A stretch of 64,000 nt of DNA, taken from the NCBI GenBank assembly GCA_973895155.1, contig OZ316894.1, positions 18,328,805 to 18,392,804 on the forward strand, in the 5' to 3' direction. A program made the translations under genes and the position numbers. The notes below the pieces were generated by a model that was not told the DNA's origin, searched no databases, and worked only from the letters and a program-made list of their open reading frames with translations. Below are positions 27,001 through 39,720 of the stretch, in pieces; within the stretch, counting starts at the first letter, position 1; every line of letters starts with the position of its first letter. This stretch comes from Marsupella aquatica. Lineage: Eukaryota; Plantae; Marchantiophyta.

Positions 27001-28112
27001 TGCACAGAATTACCCCCATCTCTCAGAGAGAGCTTGCACGCAGAGAAAAGGTATTGCGGTGCATATTCTTATGAACAGGCCAACAAAATTAAGCATGTGA
27101 TCGAAAAGGCGCTCGTTTGTTGCTGCTCAATCCCTCTACGTGTTGAAGTTGGTTGCCCTATATCAGTTTTGCCCTGGTTAACATCGCGACACATGCTCGC
27201 AAATATATTGACCATGAATACTTATTATGATCAAATTTGGAACTGAGAAAAATATATGAGTATGGTGTCGGTTAGCTCGAGGAACCTTTGCACCGACCTG
27301 ATCACTGCTTGCAGCTGCGCTTGGCTCAATTTCTGCCCAATCAGAGAAATACTTTTCTGAAATACCCGTTCAACTAGTCATGGACTGCATATATATGGTC
27401 AATGGGAGTGGCTGCTCCCTGCAAGATCGAAGACAGAAGAGTCAATATCAAAATTTCGAACTCCATTTTTGTGTAGTTGGAATAATTTGTGTCTCATTTT
27501 AAAATCATTTCTGGCCCCATGGTGTCTGAACAGAGCGGGGCTGACCTGAGTTTGCAGTCACGTCAAGGCCTTCCTCCTACATATCGCCAATTTTTGTAAT
27601 TTCACTCCACCAGACCGTCAGCATGCATTCAAACTCAAGCATCAAATTTCCGTCATAAAGAGGCATCAGCGGTTCCTTCGAATGCGACTTGTGATCATAC
27701 ACTTTTTAACAAGATTTCAGATAAGACAGAGGGCAGCAAAATTTATCCAAAAACGAGTAGTTCTACCAAATGTCATGATGCGTCATTTATGCAGATGAGT
27801 ACACTAAAGGCACAACAATAATTGAAAAAACAGTGCTCTCAGAGCTGTAAGATAATCAATGGGGCTGTACTCACAGTTGACAATAACAGGGAAATTGGGG
27901 AAAAGGTCCCATCCTCACTTCACATGTGACACGCGGGCCTCAGATCGATCTTCGGTTTAGGACACAGAGAAAGAACTTAGGGGGAAATTTCAGTGGACGA
28001 TGGACAGCATTAGGTGTGCACATACAGTTCCGGCAAGACGAGAAAATACCCAGGTGGACACAGAATGCGTCAAAACAGTAGACCAAAGGTTCAGAGCCAA
28101 AATCTGTCCGAT

Positions 28113-28348
28113 TGAAAAAATAGTCATGGCGTCCTCATGGTGAAGTGCATTACAGCACAATATGGACTGCACAACGGTCAAGCAAGCTGGTCATGACCGT
28201 GAATGCCGGGGCTGAGACAAAGCTATCTGTGGTACAGTACTGGTATTATGGAATGCGGGGCCACGGTTCTTTGGTCAGAGCAGCATTTTTCTGCCGAAAG
28301 GCCTGTCACCACCGTTATAGTAATGCAGAAAGCTGGTCTAAATCTTGA
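28113..28348 (+). pseudogene. Possible degraded SufB-like (Fe-S assembly) fragment
   Basis: VHYSTIWTAQ..GAETKLSVVQYWYYGMRGHG..FFCRKAC..SW resembles SufB VxYLEGCTAP..GAEIKYSTVQNWYAGDxxGKG..FVTKRGLC..ISW in order and spacing. Short and diverged. Confidence 0.35.
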
Positions 28349-29479
28349 CGTACTGAGTTAGGACTTACGACTTTGGACTTAGGAGGTCCCGAACGAATTC
28401 TCCAGCGGGTTCTCCAGTCGTACCTCTAATTGAGTCCATCCAGTAATGATTCGAACAGCCTTATAAAATATTCACAGATGGCTGAGTTAAAGCTACTGTG
28501 TGTAGTTTTGAATATTTCGTTCACTGGCGGAGAAGATATGTGCAATTGAGTTGAATGGAAACGAATGCAGTAACCAGTGTTTTTATTTTGGGTGGAGGCA
28601 AGTAGATGAGGTGGCTACCTCCTCCCAGAGCGGGGAACGAGATTGGGGAGTGCGGGTGTTGAGTGGTCAGGATCACATGGCGAACGAGGTAGCGTGACAC
28701 TAAGGTGACTGTTTCTTGCATTTGCTAGGTCGTAAGGAGGGTTTGGCGAACTGGGCTCCCACCAGGTAAGGTTGAAAGGCGAGCTACAGTCCCATCAGGT
28801 AACTTTACTGGCGAATTGAGGTACGGATTGAGGCAATCTGGAGAACTGAGGTTGGGATTGGGGGTGAGAACAGAGTCCCGTGACCGACCGTAATGCCCAA
28901 CTGAACATCGCTTGTGAGCGATCGATTGCATTGTAATCAAAGAGGCACAGAAGAAGACGTACTACGTGATCATCACATCAAGTGTGTGGAAGGAAGTGAG
29001 AGCCTTGCCAAGGGGCCCAACTTGTAATCGTTCGTTCGTAGATCGTACTGGCCTGGATCATTAATTTGGGACGAACGTGTGTCACTCTGTGACACTGCAG
29101 CTGGTACGGTAATCTGCAAATCAAGCTAGCACTGAGTTCTCTCAAGGACCAGAGAATGACACCACAGAAGAAGAAGAAGACGTACAAATGTTGATCATGA
29201 AGATATTAGCGTGAGTGGGAGGAGGAAGAAGGCTGCGACGTCAGGTAAGGCGCTAAAGCCCAACAAAGATGGCTCCGCTAGTAGTACTACTTCGAATGAA
29301 TCATTGCACTTCAAGTCTCGATGACGAGCCCGATGATGAATTGGCCAGAGGGGAGTGTGTACTCATCATCATATCGTAGTCATAATTCTACACGGATTAT
29401 TGTCAACACCGTTGTTTTCAACACAGACCTGATAATTCTACGCAGGTCATTTTAATTCTATGTTTTAGGATGCGTAAAG

Positions 29480-29905
29480 ATGAACCATAATCTGCTATAA
29501 TGTTTCGTGTTTGACTTGAAGGTGATTCTCAGATGAACTGTAATGTTTGTCTAGCCTACTTAAAATTGTTATTGATATTCATTTTATTAAAGTTGAATGT
29601 AGGATAAACGATAATATTTCTTTTCGACTAACGGAATCCCATAGACTTCACATTCTTCCAAACACATTTGTTTACGTTAGAGGACGCAGGAGACGTTGAT
29701 ACTAGGATGAACCATAATGTAAATCAACCCGCTATATGATGAACCACGATGATTCGTCTTTGACTTAAAGGATATTCAGGTCAACTATAATGTGTGCGTG
29801 TCACCTAATTAAAGTTATCATTTATGTTCATTTAAGTAAAGTTGATGCTCATATAAACGATATTATGTACGTTTCATTGAAGGAATCCCATAGAGTCCTC
29901 GTTCG
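29480..29905. repeat. Old, diverged direct duplication of ~170-250 bp
   Basis: gatgaacca...tttgactt.aagg...aagttga...ataaacgata...ggaatcccataga occurs twice. Confidence 0.65.
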
Positions 29906-31058
29906 CTTACACCAAACATAGAAATCATGCTTACTTGACCCCGTGACAAACTTTATGGCTTAAATCATACAGTCCTGTATACGTACTCCAAGTAACCTGT
30001 AGTAATCGTTTCACATACAATACAATCTTGTATATGGAAAAGCATTTTGGGAATCTTAGGGTATCTTCGTATCTTCGGCATCTCCTTCGTTAATCGCAGA
30101 GGGCAATCTACGACTCAAAAGGACCTTTCACAGAAAACCACATCTGGAAACAGCTCAGAAGATTAAAACAATCATTACAAAAAAAAACGTTTTTTGGGTG
30201 TTAAGAGGGTCCTATGACAGATGGTCAACCTGCAAGGCAAGTCAAGTGTTCACCTAGTCAAATGAACAGTGGCCCTTACAGGGCAGGGCCACAAGGGCCC
30301 CCTTCATAATGGCAGCTATGGTTTAACAGACCCCATAAGTTTAAAACTCACCCAACACATTCCCGTAGAGGGCCAGGTGGATTTCGATTTCATGATATAA
30401 GAACTAGAACTGTTGTGTTAGTAGAGCAAGACACATACTATGGGACTCAGTAAATCACAACAACAATGTTGCCTTCCCAGTACTGTGGTTGTCTTGCGGT
30501 CAGGCAGTCTGCATTCTCACTCAGGATGGCCCTCGGTAATGAACACCTCTGGTGAGCGCCTTAGTTTGGCATTCCCACCTACTACCAGCTGACGCCTATC
30601 AATATAGATCATATTTAAGTATAACCAAAAACGTCTTTCTTGAACTATGTAAGCGGGTTTCAACATTCCTTGCATGTTAGATATCATCTTTCTATTGTGG
30701 ACAAACTCTAATTATGAAAACTCAGTTTCCATGACATCTTTTGTACATTGTCAAATGGGGAGAACGACTGATTCTAAACACAAAAACTTATTTTCTCTGT
30801 CGTCGTTTGTACATTGTCAAGATAACTGAGGAGAATATAACTTGCTGGAATCCCAATCACCCCAAATTTACTTAGTGCGATGGCAAGTTTGAGAAGTAGT
30901 TGGTCGAACTGTTTTTTTTTTACCGCACCGTCTTCGTCTAATATGATCAACACCCACAACTACTGACAATTTCCATAAAGGGAAATTTCCACAATAGACA
31001 AGCTTTTCACCATGTAAAGCTGCTAGGAACATCAAGAGTGAGGACATCACGATCACTT

Positions 31059-31650
31059 AGACTGGATGAATTACTGTCATGGCTCGGAGAAGAAAGGCTT
31101 ATTTTAAGGGAGAAATTTTGAACTGGAATATGGAAGTTGTTCGCGTCTCCAGCGCTGGCCTGTGTGTGGTGGCCACGGATACAACAAATTATTGTGTCAG
31201 TCCAACAGACTGAATGGGCCATTGTCGTGACTCGGAGAAGAAAAGAGAACAGTGAGACTAAAGAGAAGAATTTTAAACTAAAAGCCGAGACTAGACGATT
31301 GCAATTTGTTGGGATTTCCAGCCGTGGCCTGTATGTCGTGGCCACCGCTACGGTAATTTGTTGTATCATTCCCACAGACAGAATGGACTAACGTCATGGA
31401 TCAGAGGAGAAAGGCAAACACTGAGACTTACTAATTAGAGAGTGAAACTTTGAGCTGGAAGATGGCAATTTGTTGGCATCTCCAGTCCTGGTCTGTATGT
31501 AGTGGCCACCGCTCAGAGAGTCATTTTAAGGGACCACACAGTGAAAAAACACTGAGACTTAAGAAAGAAATTTTAAACTGGAAGATGGCAATCGTTGGCA
31601 TCTCCGGCCTGGCTGCTCTGTCATGGCCACGGCTGCAAAGATTTGTTCTA
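31059..31650. repeat. Tandem array, 4 x ~150-170 bp degenerate units
   Basis: Recurring ctcggagaagaaa / actgagact / tttaaactggaagatggcaat / tctccag..tggcctgt.tgt.gtggccac. Confidence 0.85.
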
Positions 31651-33772
31651 TTAGATCAACACACAGTTGATATTTTACTGGTTGGTATAGCTTGCACTGC
31701 CGTAGATGTTCTAATCAAATGTATCAGGCCAGAATACTAGTTTCTTTCTTTCTTGTTTTCTCATTTATCATGGGATGCAGTCTCATTTACGAACTCTTTC
31801 GCTATAGTATGTCTTAGTGTCTGCACAGGATTGTTCTTGGATGTTGCTCCGAAGGCTCTTTGGTGACGCAGCTTAGTAGGTACAAGTTAAATCCAAAATC
31901 CTAAGAGTCAGACAGCTCATCAATGTTGCGTTCTGGAAGCTTATCTAATTTCTTCAATGTTCGAACCGATTTACAATGACTACCGTAGATCCCACAATTC
32001 TTCACATCTACACTACATGACTGTGGCACACCTGGGTACTCTCTTAATGGAATCAATTTTCTTCTGCCAAATACCATGATAGTTGAGCACATCTCGGAAT
32101 GTACGCTTCTCACGTTTCTCCGTACCTTTGTAACCCATAGATGCTTCCAATCTCACTTCCCTCCTGTTTCAAATGCATGAACAGAGTATTTCCATTTGCA
32201 GCTTTTTCCCCTGTAACCCCATTGTTGCAACGAGGGTGAGACTGGGGAACCCATTGTTGTAACGAGGGTGCGACTGGGGAACTGTACCACTCAGTGGTAC
32301 ACTCAGAATGCACTACCCCGCTTTCTAGGAACGGGGATAGGGGTGAATCGACGACCGCCCTCCGCGCGCCCCCGCCCGCCCCGCCCCCCCCACCCCGTTT
32401 CACAACCCGCTTCCCACCCTCATCGGAACTGATTTCGATTATCTACTTCAATAGATATCACCATCATTTTTTACAGTTGATATTCAAAGACGTCAATGGT
32501 CCAACGAGGAGAGGAATGCGACCAATCCCTTGGCACTATATGCTTTCTATTGTTCATGAAGAACAGTGACACTTTTCTTATAGCTGGTCTCCGTTGGCGT
32601 CATCCCCCTTCAAGCTTCAGTCTCGCAATCCACGAACCCTCAACAAGACATTGTTGGCACGACTGAAAGCTTAGTGAGAATCTCGGTCACGTCAGAGTAG
32701 TCGGCTGCATTTTCGTATGGTCCCTCTAAAAGAATCTTGATAAATTGAGATCAATCAGCAAAAGTGGTAGAGAACCCAACAATTAGAAGTTCACAGCAGT
32801 CCAAAATGCCATTATGTTAGCTACCTGAAAGAGAACGAACAAAACCACTTCTAGTAAAACTAGATGAGCAATAATTGCGCTGGGTTATTCGAAGTACACT
32901 AGAGTAGCAATGCGGGTTCGAGTTCTTCATGGAGAGCTACCCAGCGCATCCACATGCACCACAAGAGTGAGCAAACACGACTCATACCCCTTAATATTCT
33001 AAACAGTCCCTGACGTTACGAAATAAGGTATAAACACCAGACTTATCTGACTCTCAAAATCACTTGACTTCAGCGGAACAAGGACATAAGACTTCGAAGT
33101 AAAAGGAACAGATGAAGCAAAACTATAGATGCCATCTACCCTCCTGAAATTCTTTTTCTCTGTATCATGGTCACTCGTGGGGCGTCCACATGGCGAAAGA
33201 ATGGCCTTCTGTGCAAGGTCTGTATTTCGCTTAAAGAATGTGATGTAGCACCAAGACGTTGCAGCAAAGTCTAGTAAGAATGAGTCCCACAAGAGACCAT
33301 TCAAAATAATGCACAAGTCCACCGGGAGATTCAATTTCTGTTGCATCCTTACATGTTGGCAAAACTGCAGTCTTCAAGTGGGAACTTTCTGGCTCATATC
33401 CACATCGGAATAACAGAACTGGAACTAAGCTTATCTCAATTCAATAGATATGCCCTGTTTAATTTGTTGGAAGTCCCTCACAGTACTCACATGACAGAGA
33501 CCTCTCTTCAATGCAAAAGAGGAATATGGCCATATCATCAGACCTCTCAATAAGGACTCTAGCGCGATCAGAATATCATCCTCTTTTGAGAACGACACTG
33601 ATACCTCAAAAAATTTGAGAAGCAGTGCAGCAAGTCCAAGATATTCTTGATCCAACATGAGCCAAGTGGTACGCCTGAAGAGGCAGTTATTCCCCACTAT
33701 CCTGGTAAAGAAATGCTTCACAGCTTCTGTCAGTCCACTAAGCCAACCATTAATGTTGAAAAACGGGTGTAG

Positions 33773-36233
33773 TTAATGATGTGCACCCGGGAGACCTCCC
33801 TCGCCCACAACCTTCAACTGCAAAACACCAATATGTCGACGTGACTCCTTTAAGATTGCTCAATTGTACAACTTCCACGGATATTCCAGCACAATCTTGA
33901 TAACTCTCTTAGCACAATCCATGTCTCCTATGAAGGGAGACAGTAAAACACTGTGATCCAGGAATGCTCTTAAACACTATCTCATGAGGCCTGACCTGAA
34001 CAAACATCTGGAAATGGCTTACCTCAAAAAATTGTGTGCAAACTGGACATTCATAATCTTCCCCCTTTTTGAGCTTAAACCAAGTCACATCATGCTCATC
34101 TTCTGCAGAATCAAAATTTTCATGAGCGTTGCCAAAAAAGCGGTCTCAGCACAACAATCTGACAACTGGTCCAACTTTGCGCTCTTCTGTATGGCGAAAT
34201 TGGTAAATATACACCTTCAAGTGCTTGACACACATTCTAAATTACAGACTCAATTACCCATGTAATTGACCTGACCAGGTTCCTGCTATGTTAACCTTGC
34301 AGATTTACTGAAATTTCTAGCTACCCTCAGTTCTTCTGACTAAACCAACATACGTTGGCTGAGAAATAGGGTTGCAGTCAGCAATTATTCGTCAGCCAAA
34401 TGCAAATCATTTGACAGACGGTCGGGATAGGTTCCTACACCTTTAGCAATTCCCCAGTATACTAACTCCAGCAAAAGGAAGCAAAACGAGCCAAAACTTT
34501 GCAGCTTCTATTTTACACAAATCTGGGTGCCATTCGTTCTGTTTTTCCTTCGTTCGCATCTCTCACTGTGGTGAAACCAAACTTCATGTCCTGCGTAATC
34601 ATTCTCGACTGTGGCAGGTGAAACCAAAACTAAGGAACTGCTTTGTAATGCGGAGATTTTGTAAGCATCAGAATGGATCCAGTGTCTGATTGGGCTCTCC
34701 AAGAGAGTGTCTGTGAAAGCAATCACCCATCTACTAGCCTTTCATTGAAATCTCTTATTAAGTGCAAAGAATGGAACTCACTTTTAATTCATGTCGAGAT
34801 TGTACCCATAACATTAGGTGAAATTTCTTTGAATTTCACAGGAGTTTGTCAAGACAGTTCTACAATTCATCAGTTTTTTACTTTCTTCTCAGTTCAAACC
34901 TTCAAGGAATCGGAAATTGACGCGCGAAGCATCATACCACAGCCAAAGACTTATGCGTCAACCACGGATAGCAGACGCGAGAAATGCACGAGCTATTCAT
35001 AACACAATTGACAGCGTGCTATTAACAAGGTAAGATAATTACCGCCAACTCCTCCTGAGCAACCGACAATTCGCTCGTCAAATACAGATTCTACAATAGC
35101 TGGGTGGTCCTGTAGAAACCACTCTCAAGTATAAGCTTCGTCAGGGCTAGACAGACTCCTGCATCATGATAGCGTATTTGATGTTTGATTTGGGTGGGTT
35201 AGGCAGGCAAGAACAGTTAAGCTCTCATGAATTAGGTCAATTCAGCAGCTCCCCGGCCAAACCTACCTTTTAAAACCATACATGACATTGCAACACATGA
35301 ATGTATGAGTATTCTCTTTCGGTGCACTCTGACACCTGTTTGATGTTTGAGACAAGGCATTTGAAGGCAAGGGACCTTATATTTAGAACCGTGAATAATA
35401 AGACTCCTTGAACTAGATCAACAAACTCCTGATCATTCTTGCGCACACTCCCCATGCACCAAACCTGATCCCGACAGCTACAGTTGACCGTTCCGCTTTC
35501 ACTGCCCTCTCAGGATTTACATTTTCAGAGCTGTTATTGCAAAATACCAAATGTGAAATTCACAAGCGCCCAATCCGACCAAGTACGTAGGGGAACACTG
35601 CTAACCTTTGTTCCGAATGGACCCCTTGGAGCATCAAGATCGAACCGCTTTTTTCCCTGCGAAAAGCTAAATTCATTAGATGCCTATCCTCGGGCCTGTC
35701 ACGATGCAGGCAAGCACTTGAAAGCAAAAGTCAAGCAGCCTCACCTGTTGTTGAGCCTCGAGTTCCTCCAGCTCCAGACCGGTTGCAATGCCAAAACTAC
35801 CGGATCCACCACCTAGCAACAACATCACCAGAAATCTCGTCTGAACACGCTTCATTTCGTCATTCTTGCCTTCCCAGCCCAGCACTACGAAAGACGCCAC
35901 AATAACAAGCAAACCCTAAACGACATGGGGCCCCGTTGATGATAAATTGGCTGGAGGACGACACACTCGTGCTCGCTGAGGGAAGGGGACCAAATTGGCA
36001 TGCGGGAGCCTACCTGCGTCAGTTTTCGCGGCAGCCAGAGCCCGAGTAGGAGCGATCCATGACGAGACGGACCGCGCTTGCTCCCTGCATCGTAGTAAAG
36101 GCAGCTGCACCAGATCAGCACCGCTACTTCCCTGGGAGGCCCGTGACGACGTTCCTACGAGTACTGGCGCGGCTGCCACTGCGATTCGATCAGAGATCAA
36201 CCGACACGCCCGCCTGCCTGCGCACCTAAACAT
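33773..36233 (-). CDS. COX5B: Cytochrome c oxidase subunit 5b, mitochondrial precursor, 176 aa
   Basis: Exons 36233-36014, 35812-35745, 35656-35606, 35109-35043, 34102-34023 and 33817-33773 are GT-AG and phase-consistent (531 nt). An Arg-rich presequence is followed by IATGLELEELEA..GPFGTKDHPAIVESVFDERIVGCSGG..EDEHDVTWFKLKKG..ECPVCTQFFELKVVGEGG, with the Zn ligands intact. Confidence 0.95.
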
Positions 36234-36786
36234 CTTTCCGCACTCTTCAAACGAAAACAAAAAATTTGGTCGGCTCGCTCGCCCTCCCTTGTTTATCCGT
36301 CGCGCTCCTCTGGAGAAGAGAAACCTCCCCTCCTCTCCCCTCCCCTCCCCTCCCCTTCCTCTCTACCACCTGGCTCCAATGAGGAACCGCATGCACCCAC
36401 GTCCAAAGCCAGAATCTTTATGCGCTCTTGAAAGCCCAGATCTCTGCTATTTTGCGGGGAAACAATTTCATATGACGGAATCTATTGCACGAAGCGGAGA
36501 AGCACGAGCATACAGGGTACAGGGCGTAGTTGGGTTGCTGGAGAGGGAAGGCGGACTGGCGGAGACAGAGGACCGTGTGGTCGGCGTCGGAGTGCGAGAA
36601 CAGAGCGAGAGAGGGGCATCAGAACAGAACATAGCAGAGCTGAACGGAACGGAACAGAGTACTGTTGTAAAAGCGATCGTCGTCCACTCTGTACCGAAAC
36701 AGAGTTGAGAAGGATTGATTGGCCGTCTACCAGAGTGGGCCCTACTCCCCGTAAATGTTTTTATTTGGCGAATTTTAGCGACTTTA

Positions 36787-37189
36787 GGGTGGCTTTACAA
36801 GAACTTGGGGGCAAAAATTCTTTTTTTCTAAGTGAAATATGCAATCCTAGTCATTCATATGTGTGAACTGGCCACACTTCACTTTACATGAACTTGGGGG
36901 CACAATGAACCAAAAGCATTACCTAGCCTAGTCATTTATCAGTGGGCCCCTTGTGGGTCCTTTTTTTTCTGAGGTGTGTAAACTTTTTTGTCAAAAACTT
37001 AGACCTCCTCTTGAGGTGGTCTAAAAACTTGGAGCAAACGACCTCTTATTTTCAGGGAATTGCATTGATTATTTCCAAACCTGACACATTTTGGCTCAGG
37101 CATTTTAACTTTTGTGGAAAGAAATTACCATCAACTTTACTCTGGATGGAAAGAGACTGAACTGCCCCCACTATCTTGTAAAGCCCCCC
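36787..37189. mobile_element. Tourist-like (PIF/Harbinger) MITE
   Basis: tta|gggtggctttacaagaacttgggggca ... tgcccccactatcttgtaaagcccccc|tta: ~27-bp TIR with a TTA duplication. Confidence 0.75.
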
Positions 37190-37249
37190 TTAGTAGAAGC
37201 TGGGGCCATGATAATGTTTCGTTTTATTCGAGCTGAAGGAGACTCTCTA

Positions 37250-37672
37250 GTGGCTTTACAAGAAGTTGGGGGACATAGTATTGTTTCTTTTATTGGAACT
37301 GGATATTCTCATTGTTCCTTTTTATTCGAGCTGGAGACTCTCATTGTTTCATTTTTATGCGAGCTGGACACTCTCATTGTTTCACTTTATACTCATTGAT
37401 TTATGTGACACCAGCTTGCTTGGCAAACAGTGGGCCCAAGTTGATGTGGAATGTTTATTTTGTTATGACTTTTAGACCAAATTTTAGACCACCTGGCATG
37501 TTGATCCAAACAGTTTCCAACTTTGGCTCCTTCATTCAAGGGTTTTGCATTTATTGGATTTTATTTCAAAATATTTTTGGTGTGGAATCTATCTTTAGAA
37601 ATATTTGTGATCCTTCAATTTGCTTTGGTAAAAAAAAGTCACAAATGCCCTCCATGTCTAGTAAAGCCACCC
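37250..37672. mobile_element. Second MITE of the same Tourist-like family, with internal ~33-bp tandem repeats
   Basis: gtggctttacaagaagttggggga ... tgccctccatgtctagtaaagccaccc|tta; internal ttattcgagctgga..ctctcattgtt units at 37290-37400. Confidence 0.65.
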
Positions 37673-38609
37673 TTATTATTCAGGTTGATAATTCTTGGAA
37701 ACTCATTAATTATAAACCCTTGGGTTTACTCTTAAATATTGCCTACCTCCTGTTTGTATTTAGGTGATAAGATAATGTACTCCAACGTTTCTAAGTGTAA
37801 TGTCTTTTGTGTGCATGGGGTTTAATGAACCCCATTTTGGATAGAGGATAGGGGATAGAGGTTTGTGCAGAAGCTAGTTGGTTTATGAAGTTTGAACTTG
37901 GAACTTCACTTGTTGCAATGAAGACCATAATCTCTGGGCTCACTTGTTGGGTGACTTATGTTGAGGCAGATGTACAGAAAACTGTGCGCTTATGTGGACC
38001 CCCTCACTTAGGTAGCATTCAGGAATGTGAAGACATGCGTCGTTGTATCTATACCTTCTGCGCACACAAACGAGCAGCGACGAATTGGCTGATAATTGAG
38101 TTTTCTAGGAGCGCTAGTCCAAAATCAATTATTGCCAAACAAACTTCATGCTTGAAATACTGAAAAGACATAGGTTTGACAAGGTGCTAAGATGGATTCA
38201 TCTACAACTATAATATCCAATCCCGCCATTTTTCGTCCTTCGTCCCATTACAAAATATATTTTGGGCGGGAATGATCCACAATCATTAGATCTTTTGCCA
38301 GTTTTTTAATACCGTTTGATCATGGAAAAGAGACCATTAGCATTAGACATCAAAGAACAGAGGCGTACTAATACAAAGGATGATAATAAAATGCCTTGAC
38401 AAAGATTATGAAGGTGTACAAAGGACGTACTCCAGAAGATCACTCCATTATGATTGTCCTTGCAAGTACGACTGTCTCTGCCACTACACTCTTCCCCTCC
38501 TCAATCATTCAGCGCAAATGACAATATCGAGGCTCATGCATGCTCCCTGCCCACGACCATCCCCGTTGGCTGCCCGCGAAAGAATGTGCACGTAAATTTC
38601 TTCTAAGTG

Positions 38610-38760
38610 TCAAAGTTGATGAATGAACCCCACTTTTGGGTGGGGTTTGTTACAAAAGAGAACTGGGCCAGGCAGGATTCGAACCCCTGCCCTGTTGGGC
38701 CCAAGTCTGCTCGACTACCACACAGGCAGCATCTGCTGCACAGCTGGTGAGGCTCTTTTA
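38610..38760 (-). mobile_element. tRNA-derived SINE-like element
   Basis: Minus strand carries an A-box-like gcctgtgtggtag and a perfect B box ggttcgaatcc (38675-38685) at tRNA-like spacing, but no complete cloverleaf. A degenerate related copy lies near 30370-30395. Confidence 0.5.
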
Positions 38761-39289
38761 ATTCTAATTATATTTGTTCTAACGTCTAGCAATGGCCGCG
38801 GGCTGCGGGCAGCCATATCACAAGTCGTACGGATTTTGACATTAATATGCATCGATATTGTCAATCATTGTAAATCCTCAATCCTCATGCGCTTGCTGTC
38901 CACTATTACCCTCATAATTATAGGGACTGAAGAGTACCATCCAGGATACAAGAGGGCATCTATTATCCTCACAAGGTATGATTCTACATATGGGAGAGAC
39001 TAGAGAGGACCAAGGAGGGACATAGACTCAAATAGAAAAGTAAAGGAAGGGAGAGAAGCCCAAGGAGAGAGAGAAAGAGAGGCTAAAAGACAAAAAAGTG
39101 GATAAAGATAATGAAAAAACAAACAAAGAAAAAAATTGGAGTAATTTTAAAAACAAAAAATGTAGGAAAGGAAGGGGGGAGGAAAGAGTATCCTATTTTT
39201 AATTTTTATTAAAAGGATCAACGGATTTTCATGAACAAAAGAGGAGCTAGCATCAAGGAGTTTCTTTATTGTAGATGGTACCTTTTCCA

Positions 39290-39720
39290 CAAACATCATC
39301 TTTCACACAATATAGTCTTTGCACAATGACATATTCTCTACAAGAAAAATCTTTCACAAAACATCTTTTCAGCAATGACATTGTTTACACAAGGATGTAC
39401 TTTGTTCAATTTTAATTTTTTGGCAAACAATATTGCTTTTGCATTGACATCTTTTTTTTAACAACATATTTTCAACAATGAAATCATTTATAGAACAACA
39501 TTTTTGGAACAATTTACTTTCCACAAATGACAGATTTTGCCCAACGACATCTTTTCCGTAAATAACAGATTTTTTGCAACGTTATCTTTTTCGCAAATGA
39601 CACTTTTTGAGCAAATGACATCTTTTCTGCATATAACATCTTTTCCGCAACGACATCTTTTTTGCATACGATATGTTTTACACATTGACAATTTTTGCGC
39701 AACAATATCTTTTGTGCAAC
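39290..39720. repeat. Degenerate ~18-20-bp tandem array (gacatctttt..gcaa), TE subterminal-type
   Basis: More than 15 variants of acatctttt/ttttgcaa; source of the Cys/Lys-rich spurious ORFs. Confidence 0.75.

Noticed and set aside
32999-33721. Minus-strand ORFs of 115 and 96 aa
   Set aside because: They lie in the COX5B 3' region, use non-ATG starts and show no recognisable motifs.
35995-36708. 237-aa plus-strand ORF
   Set aside because: Antisense shadow of the GC-rich COX5B first exon and leader.
38665-38730. tRNA gene
   Set aside because: B box present but the acceptor and anticodon stems cannot be formed convincingly; treated as a SINE head.
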